The notes below the pieces were generated by a model that saw only the letters and a program-made list of their open reading frames with translations, was not told the origin of the DNA and did no database searches. A stretch of 54,580 nucleotides of DNA, counting the filler, from Sphacelaria rigidula (Eukaryota): the NCBI GenBank assembly GCA_964200075.2. It is 5 parts of 5 records of this genome, joined end to end, with 100 filler letters (N's around TTAATTAATTAA, not from the genome) between each part and the next. Parts side by side here need not be neighbours in the genome. Positions count along the whole stretch, not along the records: positions 43,746 to 54,580 come from CAXNAA020005829.1; 4 more parts are not named here. The stretch is one strand, 5' to 3'. Of this stretch, positions 45,949 to 54,580 are shown in pieces (position 1 is the stretch's first letter; the number at the start of each line of letters is the position of its first letter). Made by a program: the position numbers and the translations under genes.

Positions 45949-48900
45949 TGTATAGTAGTCCACCTCTAGCACACGTACAGATGCATGAAGAGCTGCAGGG
46001 TGATGCATAGAGGTTGGGATATGAACTTCAAATAATTATATTAGGTCATGAGATATTCTCTTGAGTATGACCATGACTGCTTGACAGTAATTGTGTTCAA
46101 GAAGGTGCAAGGTTACTTCCGATAACGAAAACTGTGTGTTTGTGAACGACATCTGTCTTGAAGTCTACAAGCCCTAATGAGGGAGGAAACCCTTGGAGCA
46201 GTCCTGTGACCTCGTTCTGAGTCCAGGAGGGGTCAATAATAAACGTTTATTCAGAGAACCCGCTGGTTTCTGGCAACGATTTTTTTAGCTGAGGACAGTC
46301 TCTACAAAAACATTTTTGTATTGTACACAGACAGGTGTGCAGTCTGTAACGTGAGGCAGCTCGTTGCAGCTAGTTGAACAGAGGGATGGCTACGTTGGCT
46401 CGAAGTACTGCGTGCAGCTAAGGAAGAATGGCTGCGCGCAGGAAAGGTGGTGGGAGCGATGCAGGCGATGAGGTGACGCGTAAATTTACTGAGCATATGG
46501 CAGGTGGATCGCTGAAAGCACCAAAGTACGGATGCCACTTCAGTGAAGATGCCTCCAGAAGGTTTTTCCAAAAACAAGGGGATTACTGAAGAAACTCTAC
46601 AATTGAGAAATAAGAGGCGGACAGTGGAGGCCGCTTTATTCACCGTGACAGAGCTCGTGCCTAAGCACATTCATGCATGTTTATCACGTACAATATTTGA
46701 CGGATCTGTACTCGATGATGAACATCTGAAGAAAGCACTGGAAGACATGCACAATGTTGGAGTGATACAGAGATCGATCCTTCAGTTGCTGCTGCAGCTG
46801 GTGTGCGGAAGGTGTTGACCGCTCGCAACGAGCCGACCGCCATGGGTAGAATCGCGGGACAGTGGGAGTGCCCTCGGGGAGTTCCGCGAGGACTAGACTT
46901 TCAGAGCAGGACCCGCTCAAATACTTACGCGGGAATCGCTCGTCGGGATGTCGCTCCCTGAATTCAAGACAAAAGTGCTCAACATGCTGCAAATAAAGGG
47001 GGGGGTGGAAAGAGGGCCCTGGGCTCATGTATGATCACGGTTCGACAGGCATGGAAGACGGTAGAAGCAGCTGGTAAATAGCGCCGTCACCAGCCGCAGC
47101 TGAAACAGAACGGCGGCAGCGGGACCGCCGAGTCCAAGCGCGAACCGAATGGTGGAAAAACGGCGACCACTGGCAGTGAGACTGCCAGTTCCGGGAAATC
47201 TCGGGAAACGGGCCCAAGTTATGCAGGTTGTTTCTCATGTGGAGACAAGGGCCACTTTGTAAAGGATTGTGAGCAGCAAAGCCAAGCTGCTGCTCCACAA
47301 CATACTGCAGGTGGGCAGTCGGGGGCCGGCGACACGCAGAAACAACAGCGGCAGCTGTCGCAGGGCCCTGGACACGTGCCTCGAGGAGGGGGCAAGAGTC
47401 CTGTCGCTACAAGGGCTGTATTTTCAACCGATGGAGGGGGTGCTCCCAGCAGTAGAGCCATACTACCACCAGATCCGGTCGGTTCTACTGGCGGTGTACA
47501 GTAGACCGTATCGGGGGAAACAGGGGAAACAGGGGAAACAGCCCCGTGCTGGACATCTGAGGCGATGTCGTCGTGGAGATCGCTGAAACCGGGTGAGTTA
47601 TCAGGTTTTCAATATTAGGGTATACGTGTAGAAAAGAGGAAATATGGTGTCTCGCCGACTTGTCTGTACCGAGTGCAGGGGCACAGTATGCTTGTCCAGT
47701 CAAGGCCATTTTAGACTCGGGATCTGTGGTTGGTGGAAAGCTGGTAACACTTGCTAACGGCAAGGTTGAGCGCGTGAAGTAGAAAACTTGCCCTGTCCGA
47801 ACCGCTTTACACACCAGCTGGGGACCGCTTGTGCTGGATCCATGTTCATATGCAGTCATGGTACAGATGGTGTGATAATCATGGGGAGCCCTTCGCTGGA
47901 GGCGCTGGGCATTGACGAGTACAGTAGCCCAGGTGGTTGTGCACGTGCAAGAGACACTTCGGTCCGAGGTGTAAACACGCCTGATATTACGGACTGTCGG
48001 CGTGTCAGTATTGCGGTTGACGCTTTACAGCAACCAGGATGTCCGGCGGAGCCCATTAATTCCTCAGTCGAGTGGTTGTTGTCGAGAAGTCCGGCGATGA
48101 GCATATCTCCGGAATAAGAGCTTGCTGAGCTTGGTTTTGCGCTGCAGGAGGCGGTACAAGCCGCCGCGGATAATGCGGCAAGCGACTTAAGCCAGATTCG
48201 TGAGCCTGTACGCAATAGAGCGAGCGTTTTTAGGCGAGTGCTGCATGGTTATCCGTCTGCCCACGTCGAGCCCTTGAAGGTGAAATTCAGACCTGTTGCT
48301 GTGGAGGCAAAGGCTCGTCCGAGGGCGTACTTTCCGGTCAGGATGGTGTGCTTGGCACTGCATCGCAACATTGGTGGCACTCGGGCTCGTGTACTGCAGT
48401 TTGCAGGTAGAGTGGGCGAGAGCGGCTCGAGAAGTCTTGCTTTCGCTGGATGAGTGCAAACAAGGCGGGGGAGCAGGCTCCCCGTCATCACAAGGAGGTG
48501 GTGCATGGTGCTCGCACAGGAAAGGTGCTTCATTTCAATTTTCCCAGTGTTGGCGACAGTTGTCCACTGGGAGATAATGGCTTGGTCGAAGGACATCCGT
48601 TCAAGTAAGTATTGGTGAGGGTGGATGACTCAAGCGAGTTCGTGCGGTTTGAGCCCGTGGAGTTTTGTACTGCGCGGACGACGGTGAAGAATCTGTGGAC
48701 ATGGTGCAAAGCGCTGTGGCTGCAGGAAGGATGGGGCAGTGATACTGCATCACAATATAAAAACTGTGCGGTGTGAGTGCTCGAGAAGGCGCTGATGGAT
48801 CGTGGACTAGTGGTGGCCAACTCGCGGTTGTCACAACGTGAATTTGAGCGAATGATGCGTGAAATTGTTCATACCTCGAAGTTCATACCTTGAAGGTCAT

Positions 48901-50637
48901 GATGCAGGAAGGAAGACGCGATGCTGATGCCTGGGTGGGTTTGGTATCTGCCGTGCAGTGGGTATTGAACACTTGTTTTTGGGACAGCTATGAGAGCTGT
49001 AGCTGTATTTTTGATGCAAGGAGCAACTGTTCGAGTGGAAATGCTACTCTACGGTGTGGACGAGATTGTAGCCGGAGAGCTGCTCTTTCTCATGAGGAGC
49101 GCAGGAGAGTTGCAAGGAAGGCATTACCTTTCTCATGGTGAGCGCCGGGTTCGGTTATGTTAAAGAGCAAGTACTGGTGTGGTTGCTTGTTGATAATGCG
49201 GAAGTACATTAGACACTTTCCACGACAGCCCCCCCCCCAAAGTGCATGGTTCTGGGAGGCAAAACCCTCACGTAAATCGAAATAGGAAAAAGGCTGAGCA
49301 CAACGAGCAGCTGAGAATTCCCACGTTTGGGTTTGTTCTAGCCAATATCGCCAACATGAGGCGCTTCATGCAGCCTGAACCCAAACAGTAGGCGCTGTAC
49401 GGCCATTTTTTTCGTGACACTTTTGGGCTGGTTTTGGGGGGCTGTCGTAGAAAGTGTCCTTATGCCTTGTATACCTGAATCGTTTTGTAAACAATTGTAG
49501 GTGGTTGTGGTGGGATCCCTGGATCTCTGTGTGTTTTGTTGCTCTGGTTGGCACGCATGATACATGGTGGTTTCTGCAAAGAAGCTGCTGAGTGAAATAT
49601 TAGCGTGCAGGTTACATGGTGCCTGATGAAGAGTCAGAGTGAGGCAGTTTTCAATACACTGCTGTGTGCTGAATGACAGAAAGTTCGCATATTATTGATC
49701 GCGCAAAAAGGTTGAATCATCTTTGTGCGGTTTGCAGAAATTGACTGTTGGAAATGGTGATTGCTGCTGTTGGCGTGATAATGAGCGGAAACTACGAAAT
49801 GCGTAGGCTTGTATGTGAAGAAGTATAAGGTGAGTATTTCCAGAGGTTGACGATAAAAAAATCGTGCGCAAATACAGTGATCTTTTACTGTGGCACGTCT
49901 TTTGATGGCTTGTCATGTGATTGGATACGCGCATGGATGGTGTTTTGCATCTGAAAAACGGAGAATGTGGATGGTGTGCCCATTTGTCTGGAAGGAGCAC
50001 CGCATATTTGTTCCGAGCTGCATCAGTTGGGACTGAGTCAAAAGGTGCGGGCACGTTTGTAAGTAAAGTACGCTATCAAGCTTTGAGTGCGTGATATGAT
50101 CGAATCCTACGGCTCGAAATGGCACTATTATTCGTGGCGCGTTTGCTTTGTGTGAGTATACCACGACTGGAAGTTGCCGTTGACCGAATTATTGACTTTA
50201 CTGATTCGATTAAGACGCTGTGTTCAATTGTTGTTGTTCAGCGTTTTGCGAATGATTATTTAGATAACATAGCATGGTCATGTGTCACTAACAGGCGGAC
50301 AAAGGTAGCATGAACGTGATTGTCGGTGTCTATACTGTTTGTTAAACTCGCTTTGTGTACATCGAGTAGCGCGGAGTGCTGTAGAGTAGTCCACCTCTAG
50401 TACACGTACAGACACATGAGGAGCTGCAGGTTTATCCATGGAGGTTCGGATATCAACTTTGCATCAAGACCATGACTGCTTGATAGTATGTGTGTTCAAG
50501 GAGGTGTAAGGTTACCTCCGATAACGAAGACTGTGTGTTTGTGAACAACAACTGTCTTGAACTCTCCAAGCTCTTATGAGGGAGGAAGCCCTTGGAGCAG
50601 TCTTGTGACCTTGTTCTGAGTCCAGGAGGGGTCTATA
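45949..50637 (+). mobile_element. Degenerate Ty3/gypsy LTR retrotransposon (family P); gag, protease and integrase remnants, RT/RNase H largely deleted
   Basis: Diverged LTRs at 45949-46238 and 50380-50637. CCHC knuckle CFSCGDKGHFVKDC (~47230-47271), protease AILDSGS (~47705-47725), pre-RT segment VEPLKVKFRP...ARPRAY (~48265), integrase VLVRVDDSSEFVRFEPVEFCTA...SDTASQYKN and ERMMREIV...AVQWVLNT (48610-48975). Flanks AACG/GACG may be a target-site duplication. Confidence 0.9.
49211..49459. mobile_element. PIF/Harbinger-like MITE nested in the gypsy element
   Basis: TIRs GACACTTTCCACGACAGCCCCCC / GGGGGGCTGTCGTAGAAAGTGTCC with TTA flanks. Inverted homolog of 2549-2798. Confidence 0.85.
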
Positions 50638-52962
50638 GACGACAAGCTGGGCGGCCGCGAGTATGCTTGTGCTGGGATGAAGGACGCTGGCGGTGCTTGT
50701 ACGGGGAATAAGATCGACTCCTGGAAGGTGGACTGTAGGCCTGTATGGAATCAGAACAACGTCACAGTGCTGCTCCAGAGGCTTCCTCCCTGTCACGGGC
50801 TCCAGAGACTTCAAGACTCGAGCAGTTTACAAACAGCATATCTTAGGTAAAATCGGAAGTGACCGGCACACCTCGTATGCCAACATCATAAATCACGGAG
50901 TCCACCGTTCAAAACTCTCAGACCCGTCATCCAGCAACCAGACTATAAACGCCTGCTATGCATTTTATCCACTGCAGTCATGTACCCAACCACGGGAACA
51001 GTGTTGCCCGGAGTCTACAGCCCCCTTAAAGCTCGCTTACCACCAACATGCAGTCAACCGAGAGTTTGATAAACTCAGACTTCATTGTTGCCGAAGTCTA
51101 CCGTCATTTTCACGGAGAATGGCAATGTCTATCGCAGTATACGATAACAGCCATACAAGCTTGTTCAATGTCCGAACAACTCACAAGAGATCCAAAAAGT
51201 CCATCATGAACACACAATCATGCTACTTGCATCGGTCCTAATCACGGAGCGATAGCTGACGCCCAATTCTCAAGCCCATGCCCTGAACAAGTGCCCTGAC
51301 TCCAAACCGGCAAAATCTCAGAAGTCAAATGGAGTGCAACAGCCAAGCAATATGCCTGAAACTAGAATCAAATAAGTATCCAACACGTCTAGGACGCAGC
51401 TAGTCTCTTGCTTGTTTAATGCCGTGAAAACGTATGCATCACACACCTCTTTTTCGTGGAAGCTCTGCAGCTTCATTGCGCCACTCAACTCATAAGCATA
51501 CTGAAAAAAAAGCCATGACTCGAACCGCTTTTCAAGCCATGTATACCAATCAATCCAACAACGGCAAGCGGATCCGACCTCCGCCATCATCGATTACTCG
51601 TAGTGATACTGTTCTCTAACTCGATTTACCAAGTACACCCCAGAAAGCACCCAGATATAATATTCTAACCTGGATTCAGGACCGTATTATTCCATCGGTC
51701 GATCAACCGCGATGTAATATGCAGCTCACCTGCATCGCTTCCTTAGACAAACCGACACTACATCCGTATGATCCTTCCAGGCGGAAATGACATACTCCCT
51801 AAAAAAACGTTCCATAGCCAAAGATCACTCATCTTCGACCGCAACAAACACTTGTGTTTTCCTTGCGCACATACGAGCCTACGCATTTCGTAGTTACTGC
51901 TCATCTTGACGCCAAAAGCAGCAAGCACCATCTCCTACAGTCAGTGCCCACAAACCGCACAAAGAGAACTCCGCCGCGTGTCTATGTGAACAGGAATATA
52001 CGAGGTTCACCTCATCCAGCGTACAGCAGTATATTGAAAGCTGCCTCACCCTGACTCGTCGCCAAATACCATGCGCACTGACATAATGTAGCGAACCTTC
52101 CACACATGCATGCCAGCTTTTCACCCAGTACATGCAATACCACCTTCCTCGCAGCAAAGACTATGCATCTTCCGCGCCAACCAGATCAGCTCAACACACA
52201 CCCGCCAAATACCCACGTGTACAGATTGTTACCCTGCACACGCGATACGATCATACTCGCTCAACAACCATGTTTCATGCGCAAACATGACCACAAACCA
52301 CACAATAACAAGATGCAATCTTTCTCAACATTTTTTGCGAATACCAGTCATAATGTGTTTCCTCATTCTCAACAAGCACATAATCACCTCAGCACTTGCT
52401 CCTCAACATCAGCACCCAACTCGGCGCTCACCTCAACAGCAAGAACCTCCGGTAATGACTTATTTGTAGTCCTCAAGCCCGCTCCCGAGAAACAGCAACA
52501 CTCGAACCACGACCCCGTGCACAGCGTAGAGCAGCGTTTCCCCTCGAATACTCGCTCCTCGCGCGTTGAGTTCAGCTACAGCTCGCACCCTCGTGGAGTC
52601 GCTCAGCTCGCCACTAAATGGTATATCCGCACCCCCGAACCAATGCGGCAGATCATCTGCATCCACAGATACTCGGGCAGTACTGAACACCTGTGCTCCA
52701 GTCAGTTTCGTAGAGGAAACCAGAGGCGAAACGTGAATAGCTACACGGTCCCCAACAGCAACACCTCCTGATGGCACACTATCCTCCTCAATCACCCCAC
52801 GGCGCAAGAGTGGAGACACCTCCGCCATCTCCGCCAAATACACCAAAGCTGTCCATGTAAACAGCAGTGCAAATGACCACCACAACACCACGCAATCCAG
52901 CGAATCCACATCCGCCAACCCGGCACCCACTTTTCCTGCAAGTAGACACCCCTGTGAATAAT

Positions 52963-53171
52963 CCACGGTTAGGACAGATTCAAAGTCATTAAATTCACGA
53001 CCGCCGGTCCAAGGGGTATCCACGCAACTTTTGCGCCATTCCACATGTCTGGGCTGCGTGTACATGGGTTGCAACGCGTGAATATAGCCTAGGGATTGAT
53101 TCGCCACGAGTCGACTCATTATACTAAAACCAAGTAACTTTCGGACGAATCATTATTTGTCCGATCCTTGG
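52963..53171. mobile_element. MITE, CCAAGGGTCGGAC-TIR family, nested in LTR element M2
   Basis: Ends CCACGGTTAGGAC / TTTGTCCGATCCTTGG. The core is nearly identical to 19925-20094. Confidence 0.85.
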
Positions 53172-53615
53172 AAAAATCTGAATAATCTCCCGCCGAATGA
53201 CTGAAGCAGATAGACTCGCCCTGAGCGTCGCAAGCCCCAAGCTTGCTCTGTTCAGGTTCATCACGAAGGTAACACTCCCTCGCAGCGGTGAGCATGCAAG
53301 GTGTGTCTCCAATCACGCGCTGATCCGGCGGCCACAAGCAACCAGAGCCTTTGCCTCTCAGCGCTAGCTCATCGGAGCAAATTGGCTTCGCGATTCCAAC
53401 AGCAGCGGCAGCAGCGGCTGGATCAGATCTCCCCGCTTCAGCCACCACTTCCTGCTCAGCGCACTGCTAAGCGGCAACAGCGGCAGCGGAGCTGCCTGTA
53501 TTCCGTCCGAGCTGCGGCATGTTCGCCCTTTCCAACAGCAATACCAGCATTATCCAAACCAATGCTTAACGTGGTAATGTCGGCGGGCACAATCTCATGC
53601 CTACCCACATTGACG

Positions 53616-54045
53616 GACACATGCTGTGTCTCCTTTCCGCTCTGCATAGTGGAAACAGCTGCCCTGCATCGTTGCTTAAGACGTGCACTACCGACTGCAC
53701 GTTTAGCGGGTGCACTATCGTGCCTGTCCCCTCGGGCAGACACATGTTTCTCGGCTGTCACAGTGCAAGCATCTGCCTTGTACCGTTGTTTCAAACGCGC
53801 AGCAACTACTGCACGTTCGGCGGGTGCGCTGTCGTGCCTGTCCCCTCGGGCAGACACATGTTTCTCGGCTGTCACAGTGCAAGCAGCTGCCCTGTTTCGT
53901 TGTTTCAGACGCGCAGCACCTACTGCACGTTCCGCAAGCGCACGGTCGTGCCTGTCCCCTCTGACCGACACATGCTTCCCGCCCTTGACAGTGCATGCGA
54001 GAGCACTCTCATGCCTGTCCCTTCCGACAGACACGTGCTGTGTGA
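53616..54045 (-). repeat. 114-bp (38-aa) tandem repeat within the gag-derived ORF
   Basis: GACACATG-starting units at 53739, 53853 and 53967. They translate as HVSARGDRHDSAPAERAV.AARLKQR..A.ACTVTAEK x3. Confidence 0.9.
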
Positions 54046-54580
54046 CCAGTGCGCGCTTCACAGTACGATGCACCTCACCGGACGATGCGTGCTTGCGCAA
54101 CGCGAAAAGCAACTATTCGTGCTCAACATCAGGAACTACTGTCACCTCAAAGAGATTTGTCCACCGCGCGTTCACCTGATCTACATCTCGCACATATTGC
54201 TCGTATTTCCGTAAAAACTCGGCTGATTTCTCGCTCGAAACACTGAGGCCGTAGTATGGCACCTCCAGCGCCAGTACAAGAACAACACGATCATCAACGA
54301 TGACATATTACTGCGCGTCATCATTGTGAACAGTCGGACAGGCTTTGCCGCCACGTCCACGTTTCTCATCAAGCGCCGAGCCACCACGACATGTGACCAC
54401 ATAGTGGACAATCACGAAGCAGGATCTCAACAGCTCAACACCGGTTAACAACAAATTGTGCGAATTGAGGTTTGACTTCGAGATGAGGCTCAAGCCTAAA
54501 ACAGTGCGTCCCCCACACTTTCAGCGATGGTGCTCAATGACGTTTTTGTCGGCCTAATGCCCGTCGATCGCGTAGATACT

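Larger units (their letters stand above)
50734..54580 (-). mobile_element. LTR element family M, copy 2: gag-like region with 114-bp tandem repeats, no recognisable pol, polypurine tract and 3' LTR (50734-51019)
   Basis: On the minus strand a purine tract AAGGGGG precedes TGTAGACTCC...GGCCTACA. The internal region is homologous to copy 1. The 5' LTR lies beyond the contig end. Confidence 0.8.

Noticed and set aside
53301..54214. Long plus-strand ORFs (292 aa and 205 aa)
   Set aside because: They are antisense to the gag-derived region and are kept open by the 114-bp tandem repeat. I recognise no domain.

Overview
Repeat-rich eukaryotic nuclear DNA, most likely from a brown alga (Phaeophyceae, possibly a kelp). 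This assignment is an inference from the intron/exon style and from LINE, Ty3/gypsy and MITE families I recall from brown-algal genomes. The window is not one locus. It is five unrelated contigs (1-10838, 10939-21775, 21876-32710, 32811-43645, 43746-54580; lengths 10838, 10837, 10835, 10835, 10835) joined by an artificial N44-TTAATTAATTAA-N44 linker. Contig 1 is mostly transposon debris: a degenerate CRE/R2-like reverse transcriptase, tRNA-derived SINEs and MITEs. Contig 2 holds the 3' part of an unknown minus-strand gene (7 phase-compatible exons, low-complexity Tyr/acidic tail) with a triplicated splice-acceptor/exon-start unit. Contig 3 holds two exons of a TypA/BipA GTPase separated by an 8.4-kb transposon-filled intron. 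Contig 4 holds seven exons of a PHD-finger plus bromodomain gene whose bromodomain is split by a roughly 530-aa low-complexity insertion. Contig 5 is a cluster of decayed Ty3/gypsy LTR elements from two related families that lack a canonical tRNA primer-binding site. I see no complete novel multi-gene system. The best leads are the split bromodomain, the triplicated acceptor unit, the non-canonical primer-binding site and a LINE tail family tied to oligo(C) tracts. All exon calls were made by eye from splice signals and reading-frame phase, without transcript data.
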